Positions 7,557 through 17,941 of a DNA stretch of 64,000 nt are shown here, one piece after another; the first letter of the stretch is position 1, and each line of letters starts with the position of its first letter. The translations under genes were made by a program, and so were the position numbers. Location: contig OY764216.1 of the NCBI GenBank assembly GCA_963668315.1, forward strand, positions 640,001 through 704,000, written 5' to 3'. This DNA is from Spirochaetia bacterium. Lineage in GTDB: Bacteria; Spirochaetota; Spirochaetia; DSM-2461. The notes beneath the pieces are model-generated. The model saw nothing but the letters and a program-made list of their open reading frames with translations, was not told the DNA's origin and made no database searches.

Positions 7557-9842
7557 CTACCGATCCCGGTACTGGCTGGGGCTCATACCGGTCACTTTCT
7601 TGAAAGCCCTGCGGAATGAGTAGGCGTTGGTATAACCCACATCTCTCTGGATCTCCTGGATCTTGCCGTCTCCCCGGTCCAGGAGTTCAACGGCCTTGGT
7701 AATCCTGAGGTTTTCCAGATAGGAAGAGAAATTCCCCCCCGTCTGTTCCTTGAAGAAGTGGGAAAGATAACCGCTCGATACGTTAAAGAGGGAAGAAACG
7801 GTAATCAGGCTTATATTGATATCGTGATAGTTCTCCTTGAGATACTCGAGGATATCGTCTTTCAGTTTGCTGTTCCGGCTCTTTTTGTTACTGCAGATAT
7901 AATGGCACATCTCGCCGTAGATAGTCCGGATCTCCTTCTCTACGGAATCCAGATCGGTCCTTGATTCAAGGGCATGCATTCTCAGACACAGTTCTCCGAA
8001 CAGGGGTGCTTTGAGATTCATCCTGTAAAAAGTGTTCCTGAGAAGCTCCAGGTAATGATTTTTAATCGTCCTGTCACCGAAAAGATGTTCATTCTGCTCG
8101 ATGTTGCTGTCAAGGATTTTGCAGACCGCATTGAATTTCCCCGCCTTGACCAGGTAGATAATACGGTTTTCCACTTCAAGGGGATATTGAATATCCCTCG
8201 TATGTCCTTTGGAAGGAACATACCAGTTACCCTCCACCAGTTCGTCATGATCCATTCGGCTGCATATGGTTTTCGCACAGTCATGGGAAATGCTTATCAT
8301 ATCCAGGGAAGTGACGAAGGTACCTCCCCCCCACTGCGGATTGAGTCCGTATTCCCGGTTGAGAACCTTCAGAAGATCGGTCAGGCGGGACTCAATGGAT
8401 CTCCTCCCTTCTTCCGCGGTTACACCGTTCCAGCTGAAGATAAGGGCAAATTCCGCTTCCCGCATGGTGATGATATTGATCCTGCAGCGCGGGTCCTCAT
8501 TCTGAAGAAGGTCGTCCAGAATCAGCCGGCCCATAAGTTCTTCCTCCACCGTGCTGGACGTCTGGCTCTCCTCGGCGGGAAAAAGATTCAGCCTTACCAC
8601 CGTATAAAGATCGGCTTTAAGATCAAGAGAAAGAAAACTCAGACTCTTCTCCATCGCTTTCACGCTCTTGAACTCTCCGTTCAGAAGACGCTGCAGAGTT
8701 ATCTCCTGCAGATGGGCTTTCTGCACGGTCATACGGTCACTGAGGTCTAAATTGTCATGGACCAGATTGGATACGGACTCCTGCAGCGCCTCGAAGGGAT
8801 CGCGCATTTTGGCCTCTTCTTCATCGCCGCCGCCCTTCATGACATCGAGAAGCTTGACAAGCGGCCTGGCGTTCCTGCTGGAGAAAAAGAGAGAAAGCAT
8901 CAGTCCTATGAGAATGGTGCAGAAAGAGACGACAAGAGCCGTATTCCGGATATAATGGAGACGATGGAGAAGGACCTTTTCGGGGGTCAGGACCGTATAG
9001 GATAAACCGGAATAATCGGACTTGACCGTCACGGTCAGTTTACGTCCCCCTTCTGTCTCTATCCTGTCCCCGTCCTGCAGGTTCTCTCTGTTCCGGATAA
9101 GTTCAAACTCCTCATCCGATCCTCCCAGCCTGGTAACGGGATTTCCCTCTCGCGTACTCACATATATGCTGACATCTTCGGCAATCTGTGCCCGGGAGAG
9201 ATATTCGTTAACCACATCATTATCCAGGAAGACGACGGCCAGGCAGTAAGTCCCCGGCTTGTGCTGTATGGGAATTCTCATAACCAGGGGAATAAGGTTC
9301 ACCTTATAGCCGTTAAAAAGAAATTCACCGGCTTCAAGAAAACGGATGCCGTCCCAATTTCCCTCAAGATTCTTCAGCCAGTCAGCCTTGTCATAATGTC
9401 TGTAGGTGATCATATGGCGAAAGAAAAAATCGCTGCTGTAGGACGTATTGTTGACAAGGACCTGTTCGCTGTCGGGCAGGTAGATAAAATAACCCGCAAG
9501 AAATGCCCTCGTCATGAAATGGGAATTCAGGTTTTTTACGACCCCTTCCATTTTATAATAAAAACGCCCGTCCAGAGGCCGCTCGCTGATCGTCAGTGAT
9601 GTGAAATCGTTATCAATATTTAACTTGGTTAACAGGGCGACAGAGTCTTCCAGGCTCTTATCGAGAATAAGGGTCGTCTGCCCGATTATGGCGCGGTTGG
9701 CGGAAATAGCTTCTTCATAAACGGAACCCACACTTTCGCCGTAGAAGATAAAAGCGGTAAGCACGGGGAAAAAAAGGATAAAAATATAGGAGTATAGAAA
9801 TCGCGTAAAAAACGATCTCTTCCGTTCTCTTCTCAGAAGCAT
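7557..9842 (-). CDS. Membrane-anchored AraC-family regulator with an extracytoplasmic sensor domain (YesS/YtdP-like)
   Basis: Two TM segments flanking a sensor domain; C-terminal AraC HTH (YLSHFFKEQTG...VGYTNAYSFRRAFKKVTGMSP); start uncertain. Confidence 0.88.
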   Translation of the reverse strand: MLLRRERKRSFFTRFLYSYIFILFFPVLTAFIFYGESVGSVYEEAISANRAIIGQTTLILDKSLEDSVALLTKLNIDNDFTSLTISERPLDGRFYYKMEGVVKNLNSHFMTRAFLAGYFIYLPDSEQVLVNNTSYSSDFFFRHMITYRHYDKADWLKNLEGNWDGIRFLEAGEFLFNGYKVNLIPLVMRIPIQHKPGTYCLAVVFLDNDVVNEYLSRAQIAEDVSIYVSTREGNPVTRLGGSDEEFELIRNRENLQDGDRIETEGGRKLTVTVKSDYSGLSYTVLTPEKVLLHRLHYIRNTALVVSFCTILIGLMLSLFFSSRNARPLVKLLDVMKGGGDEEEAKMRDPFEALQESVSNLVHDNLDLSDRMTVQKAHLQEITLQRLLNGEFKSVKAMEKSLSFLSLDLKADLYTVVRLNLFPAEESQTSSTVEEELMGRLILDDLLQNEDPRCRINIITMREAEFALIFSWNGVTAEEGRRSIESRLTDLLKVLNREYGLNPQWGGGTFVTSLDMISISHDCAKTICSRMDHDELVEGNWYVPSKGHTRDIQYPLEVENRIIYLVKAGKFNAVCKILDSNIEQNEHLFGDRTIKNHYLELLRNTFYRMNLKAPLFGELCLRMHALESRTDLDSVEKEIRTIYGEMCHYICSNKKSRNSKLKDDILEYLKENYHDINISLITVSSLFNVSSGYLSHFFKEQTGGNFSSYLENLRITKAVELLDRGDGKIQEIQRDVGYTNAYSFRRAFKKVTGMSPSQYRDR

Positions 9843-9923
9843 GCACAAATAATAACCGCAATCGGGGAAAAAGAACATCCCCGATTTGCGGTAGAACAAT
9901 AAGATAGAACTATTTATCTGTCA

Positions 9924-11357
9924 TTAAATATTCAATTCGGCAAGAATCTGGGACATACCCAGTTTCTCTGCTTCAGCTTTATAGAGATCAAGACCTTCCT
10001 TTACGCCCAGATCACCGATACAGATTTTGGAAATGATTTCCTCTCTGAGGGCGGTCAGATCTCCGGATACCTTGATATAGGTCTTGGAAATCGGTCTGAG
10101 CTGCTGCTGAACGGCATCGGCTCTGTGCATGGCGACAGAACTTTCCAGTCTCGGATCGAGGGGAAAGGGATTATCGATGGTCCAGGGTGCGGGCTGCAGT
10201 TCGGGGTGGATGTAAGCCTTGGGGAAAGTTTTCTTGGGGTCGTCCAGCTCGGGCAGGAACTCATGGGTTTTGGGATCCCAGTGAACACCTTCAACTCCGT
10301 AGGTGAAGAGCTGCTGACCTTCAGCACCGTCATGCATATATTCAATGACATTCTTGAATACGAAGTCAGGATCTTCACAGGCTACAGTAATGGCGTGCTG
10401 ACCGGCCAGTCTGTTGTTGTAATGGCTGCCTTCGATAGCGGGCATGGGAACGAATTCGGCGGATGCACCGGCAGGGCCGTTTTTAACACCGTCTTCCAGG
10501 GTTTTAGCCCATGTTCCGGACCAGTATGTGAATACACCCACGTTGCCGGAATAGGTTTTTTCACGGCAGGTAGAGGTTTTGTTGGTGAATACTTCCGAAT
10601 CAATCAGGCCTTCTTCGTAGCAGAGAGCCAGTCTTTCCATGGCGCCGACAAACTCGGGCTGGGCGAGACCATCGACCCACTTGCCGTTCTTGACGGTAAA
10701 GTCGGCGATTCCGTCCTGGAAAATGTCTCTCATGTACATATCATCCTTAACACCGGGTGCTACGAAAGCGATAGTATCATCAATGCCGTTTCCATCGGGA
10801 TCGCTGGTAGCGAAAGCCTTGAGCATGGCATAATATTCGTCCCAGGTGGTGGGGATATCCATACCGAGCTTATCAAGCCAGTCTTTTCTCACATAGGAGA
10901 TACAGCCGCCACCGGTATTGTAGCCTACGGAATAAAGTTTGCCGTCGGCAAAACGGACGGACTCAACATACTGGCTGGGAATAGCCTGGATTTTTGCAGA
11001 ACCTTCAATCTGTTTGGTAAGATCCAGCATGGCTCCCTCAGACACATAGGTGGAGAGGTGGTCCGTATCCAGCTCGATAACGTCGGGGATATCGCCGGAA
11101 GCGAAGGCCAGCTGAACTTTTTCGTAATACTCGTTATGGGCAGGCTGGGTAACGATAAGATCGATACCGGTCAATTCCTTGTATTTCTCCAGGAAAATAT
11201 CCATACCCCATTCGGGTCTCAGAAACGTCGTATCAAAGAACGCATTGATTTTGCTGGGGGTCTCAGCAGAGGAGGATGCGGTTTCATTGCCTCCATTTGC
11301 AAAAACGAGTGATCCGGAAAGGATCAGCATAACAGAAAGAAAAACAGTTTTCTTCAT
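9924..11357 (-). CDS. Carbohydrate ABC transporter solute-binding protein (LplA/YtcQ-like)
   Basis: Signal peptide; LAFASGDIPD, RKDWLDKLG..PTTWDE, DPDGNG, YGVEGVHW; AAGGAG RBS. Confidence 0.9.
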   Translation of the reverse strand: MKKTVFLSVMLILSGSLVFANGGNETASSSAETPSKINAFFDTTFLRPEWGMDIFLEKYKELTGIDLIVTQPAHNEYYEKVQLAFASGDIPDVIELDTDHLSTYVSEGAMLDLTKQIEGSAKIQAIPSQYVESVRFADGKLYSVGYNTGGGCISYVRKDWLDKLGMDIPTTWDEYYAMLKAFATSDPDGNGIDDTIAFVAPGVKDDMYMRDIFQDGIADFTVKNGKWVDGLAQPEFVGAMERLALCYEEGLIDSEVFTNKTSTCREKTYSGNVGVFTYWSGTWAKTLEDGVKNGPAGASAEFVPMPAIEGSHYNNRLAGQHAITVACEDPDFVFKNVIEYMHDGAEGQQLFTYGVEGVHWDPKTHEFLPELDDPKKTFPKAYIHPELQPAPWTIDNPFPLDPRLESSVAMHRADAVQQQLRPISKTYIKVSGDLTALREEIISKICIGDLGVKEGLDLYKAEAEKLGMSQILAELNI

Positions 11358-11437
11358 TTAAAAAACTCCTTTTAAGATAGTATTTCAAACCGGGCAAAAT
11401 GTCACCCGGAAAAGAACGTTATATCGGGTAAGCCTTG

Positions 11438-12319
11438 TTACCCCTTAACTCCGCCCAGTTTCAAACCGGAAACGAAGTGCTTCTGCAGGACAGGATAGAC
11501 AATCATGACGGGGATTACCGCCACGACAATAGCCGCATTCTGAAGACTTTTCGGAAAGACCTGAACATCCTGGGAAGGAACAAACTCATCGGTCAGAACC
11601 AGTTCCCGCAGTTTTACCTGGAAGTTCATCCACTTGGGATCATTGATATAGATAATGAAATGGAAGAAGTCATTATAGTAAAGCACGATATAAAAGAGGC
11701 TGACCGCGGCGATGGCCGGCTTGGACAGGGGCAGCATGATTCTCACAAAGATAGTCATGGGGTTGGCTCCGTCTATTTCGGCCGACTCCTTGAGGCTCTC
11801 GGGAACTTCGGCAAAAAAGTTCTTTATAAGTATCAGGTAATAGGCTTCGATCGTAAAGGTCAGAACAACCGACCAGATAGTATCAAGAAGTCCCAGGCGG
11901 CGTATCTGCATATACGTGGGAACAAGACCGCCGTTGAAAATCATGGTAAAAAGCACCATGTAAATAAAGAATGTCCTTCCGGGAAGATCCTTTTCAGTAA
12001 GGACGTAGGCAGACATCGTCGTTACCGTCATGGCCACGGTGGTTCCCAGTACTGTGACCAGAAGGGAAACAAAGAAGGGCCTGTAGAGACTGGAAGAACT
12101 CAGAATAGCTTCATAAGCCGCCGTCGTCGCTTTCTGGGGAAGCATATGCATCCCGTAGGCGCCCACGCCGTCAAAGGAGTCGGAAACGACCTTGATAAGG
12201 GGAATAAGCATCATGATCATGAAGATGATCATAAAAATGGCATTTCCCGTCAGGAACGCATTCCGCCCCCGGTTATTTTTTTCAAATCCTAATATTTCAC
12301 CAATTTTTGTCATTACCAT
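11438..12319 (-). CDS. Carbohydrate ABC transporter permease (YtcP/LplC-like)
   Basis: EAA loop ESAEIDGA; C-terminus LQKHFVSGLKLGGVKG. Confidence 0.92.
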   Translation of the reverse strand: MVMTKIGEILGFEKNNRGRNAFLTGNAIFMIIFMIMMLIPLIKVVSDSFDGVGAYGMHMLPQKATTAAYEAILSSSSLYRPFFVSLLVTVLGTTVAMTVTTMSAYVLTEKDLPGRTFFIYMVLFTMIFNGGLVPTYMQIRRLGLLDTIWSVVLTFTIEAYYLILIKNFFAEVPESLKESAEIDGANPMTIFVRIMLPLSKPAIAAVSLFYIVLYYNDFFHFIIYINDPKWMNFQVKLRELVLTDEFVPSQDVQVFPKSLQNAAIVVAVIPVMIVYPVLQKHFVSGLKLGGVKG

Positions 12320-12325
12320 GCGCTC

Positions 12326-13231
12326 CTAGAGAATGCTCTCTTCGTTGATTTTTTTACTCATGTAGTTAGCTCCCAGTACGAGTACAAGGGAAATTAACGA
12401 CTGGAAGAGACCAATGGCCGTTGAGTAATCGTAGTCGGCCTGTTCAAAACCGACCCTGTATGTATAGGTTCCGATAACATCGGCCACATTGTAGACAAGG
12501 GGATTATACAGAACCAATACCGGCTGGAAGAGATTAAGCACCTTGGAAAGACTCATGATGAAAACAACGAGAATCGTTGTCTGGAGACTGGGCAGGGTAA
12601 TGGCGAAAGTCTGGCGCAGCCTTCCCGCTCCGTCGATCTTGGCCGCTTCGTAAAGCTGGGGGTCGATTCCCGTCAGAGCGGCAAGATAAATAATGGCGCC
12701 CCATCCGGTCTCCTTCCATCGGTGAATGAAGAGGAAGGAAGGCCTCCACCAGTCCTCATCGACCAGGAAGTAAATCGGCTGACCGCCCAGTTTCTCGATG
12801 ACCGAATTGATGATCCCCGTCTCGGGGGAAAGTATCATCGTGAAGAGTGAAGCGACAACAACCCAGGAAAGGAAGTGGGGAAGATAAACCACTGTCTGAA
12901 TCACTTTCTGACTACCCTTGTGCTTCACTTCGTTCAGAAGCAGAGCAAAGCCGATGTTGATAACAGTCGCCAGCAACAGGTCAAGGCCGCTCAGGAAGAG
13001 CGTATTGAAAAAACTCGACCAGAATCTCTCGCTTGCGAACAGGTAGCGGAAGTTCTCCAGCCCGATAAAATCCCTTATTCCCATAATGCCGAATTCATAA
13101 AAGGCGATTCGGATTCCGTACATGGGAATATACTTGAAAAGGACGAGGAATAGGACCATGGGAACCAGCATCAGGTAGAAGGCCCTATACTTAATGATTT
13201 TTTTTATAGTTTTATTGTCTTGGAAAGTCAT
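12326..13231 (-). CDS. Carbohydrate ABC transporter permease (YteP/LplB-like)
   Basis: YLPHFLSWVVV, IIYLAALTGIDPQLYEAAKIDGA, STAIGLFQS. Confidence 0.92.
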   Translation of the reverse strand: MTFQDNKTIKKIIKYRAFYLMLVPMVLFLVLFKYIPMYGIRIAFYEFGIMGIRDFIGLENFRYLFASERFWSSFFNTLFLSGLDLLLATVINIGFALLLNEVKHKGSQKVIQTVVYLPHFLSWVVVASLFTMILSPETGIINSVIEKLGGQPIYFLVDEDWWRPSFLFIHRWKETGWGAIIYLAALTGIDPQLYEAAKIDGAGRLRQTFAITLPSLQTTILVVFIMSLSKVLNLFQPVLVLYNPLVYNVADVIGTYTYRVGFEQADYDYSTAIGLFQSLISLVLVLGANYMSKKINEESIL

Positions 13232-13266
13232 GGCGTTATTTAAATCCCGATAGGGGGATCCGTAAA

Positions 13267-13346
13267 GAAACGATTTTTCATAAATATGTCAAAATATGGA
13301 TAATGGGGGAAACGATTTTTCATAAAAGGGAACAAAAATGGAGAAT
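13267..13346. promoter_or_regulatory. Direct repeat with a 42-bp period between the divergent ABC and GH28 genes (candidate AraC sites)
   Basis: GAAACGATTTTTCATAAA at 13267-13284 and 13309-13326, each followed by ...ATGGA(T/G)AAT. Confidence 0.65.
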
Positions 13347-13395
13347 TATTCCAAAGTAGAAGAAATCTTTTGCCCCTTCGGGTATTCTTTCTGCC

Positions 13396-14805
13396 ATGAA
13401 AACGACAGGAAATCACTCACTCATTGACTTTGGAGCCGTAGGAAACGGAAAGACAGACTGTACAAAGGCTTTTGCCGAAGCAGCCGAGGCAATCAGAAAA
13501 GCCGGGGGCGGCACAATATCAGTACCCCCGGGAAAATACCTGACCGGACCGATAAGGCTATACTCCCATACGGAGCTTCATCTCGCTCCGGGAGCTGAGA
13601 TCAGCTTTTCCGACAATCCGGAGGATTATCCCCTGGTCAGCACCCGCTGGGGAGGAAATGACTGCATAGCCCTTATGCCCATGGTCTGGGCCGATAAGGA
13701 AGAGGATATCTCCCTGACAGGAAAGGGTAGGATCAACGGAAACGGGATGTGGTGGTGGGACACCTGCCGCCAGCGGACGAAACCGGAAGGCCTGCCCGAA
13801 AACTGGCCCTTCCTGGAAGAGTACAGAAAAACAACGAAACGGGTCATAGAAGCCAATGGCGACATCTCCCGGTTCGATACGGGCGGCGGCGGAATGGAAT
13901 CGGGATTTCTGCGCCCGCCCCTTCTGCAGTTCAAGGACTGCCGCAATATAACCATAGAGGGCGTGACCTGCACCAACTCGGCGTTCTGGAACTGCCATAT
14001 GCTCTACTCCACGGACATCACCATCCACGACGCCCGTTTCGTCAGCCCCGCAGACGCCCCCAATACGGACGGCATGGATATCGACTCCTGCTGCGGCGTC
14101 CGCATCTCCGACTGCGTTTACGATGTGGGTGACGACTGCCTGTGCCTTAAATCGGGAATCGGCCGTGAAGCCATGGCCGTGGGCCGTCCCACCGAAGAGG
14201 TGGTAATATCCAACTGCACCATGCTCCGGGGACACGGCGGAATCGTGCTCGGTTCGGAAATCGCCGGCGGCTTAAGGAACATCGTCATATCCGGCTGTAC
14301 CTTCAAGGGAACCGACAGGGGCATCCGCCTGAAAACGAGAAGGGAACGGGGCGGCTATGTGAAGAACGTACGGATAAGCGACATCGTCATGTCCGATGTG
14401 GGCTGTCCCCTCGTTTTCAATATGTTCTACAAATGCGGGACCCATCCGGACCAGCTCGCCTATCTGAGCGACAAAACCCCCCAGCCTCTTATCGACACGA
14501 CGCCCTTTATGGAAAACGTGTCCATTTCCGGCATCATCAGTACCGAGACCAGAGCGTCGGCGGGAATCTTCCTCGGTCTTCCCGAAAGACCCATATCCGG
14601 AGTCTCCATTAATGACCTGACCATCGAGATGGCCGCAGGCGCCGCCCCGGAAGAACCGGCCATGACCTACTTCAAGGATACATATTCCGCCGCGGGTTTC
14701 GTTCTGGAAAACGTGAAAGATTCCCAAATTTCCAACTGCCGTCTTAAGGGAGTAAAGGGAGATAGGGTCAGAATGACCAGCTGTGAAGAAGTGACGGTTC
14801 AGTAG
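13396..14805 (+). CDS. Glycoside hydrolase family 28 (cytoplasmic polygalacturonase)
   Basis: GH28 motifs NTDG, GDD, GHGG, RLK; DFGAVGNGKTD N-terminus; no signal peptide. Confidence 0.92.
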   Translation: MKTTGNHSLIDFGAVGNGKTDCTKAFAEAAEAIRKAGGGTISVPPGKYLTGPIRLYSHTELHLAPGAEISFSDNPEDYPLVSTRWGGNDCIALMPMVWADKEEDISLTGKGRINGNGMWWWDTCRQRTKPEGLPENWPFLEEYRKTTKRVIEANGDISRFDTGGGGMESGFLRPPLLQFKDCRNITIEGVTCTNSAFWNCHMLYSTDITIHDARFVSPADAPNTDGMDIDSCCGVRISDCVYDVGDDCLCLKSGIGREAMAVGRPTEEVVISNCTMLRGHGGIVLGSEIAGGLRNIVISGCTFKGTDRGIRLKTRRERGGYVKNVRISDIVMSDVGCPLVFNMFYKCGTHPDQLAYLSDKTPQPLIDTTPFMENVSISGIISTETRASAGIFLGLPERPISGVSINDLTIEMAAGAAPEEPAMTYFKDTYSAAGFVLENVKDSQISNCRLKGVKGDRVRMTSCEEVTVQ

Positions 14806-14829
14806 GGCTTCTTACACCGGAAAACTTCC

Positions 14830-14876
14830 GAGCGCTCATACCTTACGCAACGGTAATAGCTCAGGTATGAGCGCTC
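14830..14876. terminator. Perfect 14-bp inverted repeat between convergent genes
   Basis: GAGCGCTCATACCT-N19-AGGTATGAGCGCTC; no strong U-tract. Confidence 0.55.
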
Positions 14877-14890
14877 TGTGGTGAAATTAT

Positions 14891-15442
14891 TCAGTCGATA
14901 GAGAAATTAAAGCCGCCGTTGCCAACGATATCAAAACCATCGTTATTGCCGGAACCGTATGAAACAAGGTAATATACCCCATACCCCAGCGATGATAAAT
15001 CAATCCATCCAAAACTATCAATGACATAATCCGTACCATCTATCGTTTTGACCGGAAAATAACCGCTTTCCGTTCCCAGATCAAACTTTCCGTCTCCATC
15101 TGAATCGACCCAGGCAATAACACAGCCAAGAGTCGAAGGATCGGAAGGCAGGCTTAGGTTATAGAATCCACTGCCGTCGGGAAGTGCCGTTCCAAGGGGA
15201 GAGAATTCAGCCGGAGGAGTCGTACTAAACTCACTTGCAACCACATCTTCATCCCCTGAATAACTGCTGGAAAACCAATAATCATCATGAAAGGTCCCAA
15301 TGACAACATCGGTTGTTGAAATATTGACTGTTCCCGTAATATTTCTGGCAGAAGCCGATGTTTCCTCATCATTTCCGCCGCCACCGCATGAAAACAGAAG
15401 GAGAACAGGCCAAAGGACAAAAAATAAGTTTATTCGATTCAA
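14891..15442 (-). CDS. Hypothetical lipoprotein
   Basis: TTG start with AGGAG RBS; lipobox LLFS-C-GGGG; DSDGDGKFD possible Ca-binding loop; AT-richer than its neighbours. Confidence 0.65.
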   Translation of the reverse strand: MNRINLFFVLWPVLLLFSCGGGGNDEETSASARNITGTVNISTTDVVIGTFHDDYWFSSSYSGDEDVVASEFSTTPPAEFSPLGTALPDGSGFYNLSLPSDPSTLGCVIAWVDSDGDGKFDLGTESGYFPVKTIDGTDYVIDSFGWIDLSSLGYGVYYLVSYGSGNNDGFDIVGNGGFNFSID

Positions 15443-15557
15443 AATACAATCTCCTATCATTTTTAGTTATTGATAAATAATTCTAAAATCACGAGCTTGA
15501 ATTTTCAAATAAAAACGGAAAAGAGTTAAAAAATACTTTCCTAATGAAGTAAACGCC

Positions 15558-16829
15558 CTAACTCTCCGGAAAAGGCATCTTCCCTTTGCGGTACAGGAAG
15601 GGTTCCGGATCCTCCAGGAAGGGTTCCAGGGCCTTCCAGCTCAGCTCCGTCTCATCGGCGCTGACAAACAGGGTTCTGTCCCCGTTTATCGCGTCGAGAA
15701 GAAGCTTCTGGTAGGCTTCGGGAATATCCTGCTCGTAGGACTGGCGCAGAGAGAAGTTCATCCGGCTTCGTCCGATCTCCAGATTGATGCCGGGGACCTT
15801 GCCGGCAACGTCCAGCATAATCCCTTCGTTCGGCTGAACCGTTATGATGATGCGGTTATGGGCAATTTCCGCCTTCCGGTTGAAAAGCAGGCGGGGGATA
15901 TTCTTGAAGGTCACCACAATCCGGGTTACCGTTCTGTCCGCCGCCTTGGCGGTTCTCATGATAATGGGGACGCCGGACCAGCGGAAATTCTCTATCCGGG
16001 CATTGATCTCGGCGGCCGTATCCGTGTAGGACTCGGGATCGACGCCGCTTTCCAGGCGGTATCCTTCGTACTGCCCCTTCCGGCAGCTGTCAATCCGCAG
16101 ACACTTGAGAATATCCACCTTCTGCCGGCTTATTTCTTCTGCATCCAGCGAGACGGGCGGCTCCATGGTCACCAGGCACAGAAGCTGCATCAAATGGTTC
16201 TGGATCATATCGCGCAGACTGCCCGCACTGTCGTAGTAGGCGGCCCTCTCCTCCAGCCCCAGCTCTTCGTACCCTTCAATCAGGATAGATTCCACATAGC
16301 GGTTGTTCCAGATCGCCTCGAAAATGGTATTAGCAAACCGGAAGACCATGATATTCTGCACCGTTTCCTTGGCAAGGTAATGGTCGTTGCGGTATATCTG
16401 CTCTTCCTTGAAGGACTGGGTCAGTTCCCTGTTCAAAGTAGACGCGGTATCCAGATTACGGCCGAAGGGTTTCTCGATAACGATGACCGCTTCCTCTCCG
16501 AAACCTTCCCTGGCCAGAACAGCCGCAGTGGAACTGTAGGCCTTGGGGGGAATGGCCAGAAAACAGATGACCCGGTCAAAGGTGCCCAGGCTGTCGAGAT
16601 AGAGTTTTATCCCTTCCAGTCCCTGATGATAGTAGAGCCGCTCGTTAAACTCGCAGTCCGTATCAAACTGAGAACGGAATTCCTCCCGGGTCAGAGCCCC
16701 ACGTCCCGATCCTATGATCAATGTTTCATGATCTATCATTTGCTTGCAATATAAATAATTGAGGGCGGGTATCAGCTTTCTGTGTGAAAGATCCCCCGTG
16801 GCCCCCGCGATAATAATGGCACTTTTCAT
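15558..16829 (-). CDS. zwf: Glucose-6-phosphate 1-dehydrogenase
   Basis: GATGDLSHRKLIPAL, IEKPFG, RNDHYLAKE, DMIQNHL, RWSGVP motifs. Confidence 0.93.
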   Translation of the reverse strand: MKSAIIIAGATGDLSHRKLIPALNYLYCKQMIDHETLIIGSGRGALTREEFRSQFDTDCEFNERLYYHQGLEGIKLYLDSLGTFDRVICFLAIPPKAYSSTAAVLAREGFGEEAVIVIEKPFGRNLDTASTLNRELTQSFKEEQIYRNDHYLAKETVQNIMVFRFANTIFEAIWNNRYVESILIEGYEELGLEERAAYYDSAGSLRDMIQNHLMQLLCLVTMEPPVSLDAEEISRQKVDILKCLRIDSCRKGQYEGYRLESGVDPESYTDTAAEINARIENFRWSGVPIIMRTAKAADRTVTRIVVTFKNIPRLLFNRKAEIAHNRIIITVQPNEGIMLDVAGKVPGINLEIGRSRMNFSLRQSYEQDIPEAYQKLLLDAINGDRTLFVSADETELSWKALEPFLEDPEPFLYRKGKMPFPES

Positions 16830-17170
16830 GTCAGTATACCCCTTTACCCCAAAGATAATGCCCGAAGGCAGGCAGGTCAAGAAGGATTTCCGAACATTCC
16901 TGCGATAATACGTCTGTGGATGACCGGGAAGAAATAAGAAACTCCCTCAATGAACGGATTGACCGCAGAAAAAACGCCCCTTTAAGAAAACGTCCCCCTT
17001 GGAAGTTTATCTGGAAGCTTTCCATCTGATAGCGGTCGAGACCCTCTGCTAACACACGAAGACGGGAAATCTCCGGTTCGCACAGATAATCACATGGGAC
17101 GTCGCCGACTATGTACGCCAGGACTGTTCCTCCGCGGTTTCCGAATTAATCTTTTTTTTATCCCAAAAGA

Positions 17171-17226
17171 TTGACAGGGAATTATTTTAGCGCTATATTT
17201 CTAGTGTACTAGCCATGTAATACACT
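17171..17226 (+). promoter_or_regulatory. Sigma70 promoter with a downstream YtrA/GntR-type operator
   Basis: TTGACA-N17-TATATT (17171-17199); palindrome AGTGTA-N12-TACACT (17203-17226). Confidence 0.8.
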
Positions 17227-17254
17227 CAAACACAAGAGACTTCAGGAGTGAATT

Positions 17255-17941
17255 ATGAATCGTTATAAAAAAAACGGACGGATAATAGGGTTTCTCTTAC
17301 TTTCAACCTGCCTGACCTATATCGCGGGGACGGCCATTATTTCCGATATCCTCACCGCCACCCATCCCCTGACAAGCGTTTTCAAGGAGAGCCGTCTATT
17401 CGCCGGGGGAATTCTGCTCGTGTTCTCCTGCGCCGTGGGCATTGCGGGAATTCCCCTGTGCCTCTCTCCGCTGATCAGTAAAAAGTTCCGGCACCTGAAT
17501 CTTGCCTATTTCGGTGCGCGGCTCTGGGAAGGCGGAGCGATAACTCTTTATTCCATAGCCCTGATGATCATGATTCCCCTCAGCAGGAAATACTCCCTTC
17601 AAGTCGCGGATGTCATGGCGGAACCGGAGGCGCTGGTCAGCTTCATCGCCGGATTCTATCGGGTAATCAACGACGTCTGGATTCCCCTGTTCCTGGGCAT
17701 GGGCGGCATATTCTTCAACTATATCCTGCTCAGGGAACGCTTCGTGCCCGCCCTGTTCGCGATATGGGGAGTAATCGCCTATCCCCTTTGCCTGGCGGGC
17801 GGCCTTTTCGAAGCCTTCGGAATATCCGTCGGTACATGGCTGGCCATCCCCACGGCGGCCTATGAATTCATTTTTTCCGTCTATCTGCTGATTTTCGGAT
17901 TCGCCGATTTAAACACTAAAGATAAAAGGAGAATAGCATGA
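17255..17941 (+). CDS. Multi-pass membrane protein (DUF4386-like)
   Basis: About 6 TM segments; AYFGARLWEG, VPALFAIWG, YEFIFSVYLLIFGF pattern; AGGAG RBS. Confidence 0.7.
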   Translation: MNRYKKNGRIIGFLLLSTCLTYIAGTAIISDILTATHPLTSVFKESRLFAGGILLVFSCAVGIAGIPLCLSPLISKKFRHLNLAYFGARLWEGGAITLYSIALMIMIPLSRKYSLQVADVMAEPEALVSFIAGFYRVINDVWIPLFLGMGGIFFNYILLRERFVPALFAIWGVIAYPLCLAGGLFEAFGISVGTWLAIPTAAYEFIFSVYLLIFGFADLNTKDKRRIA

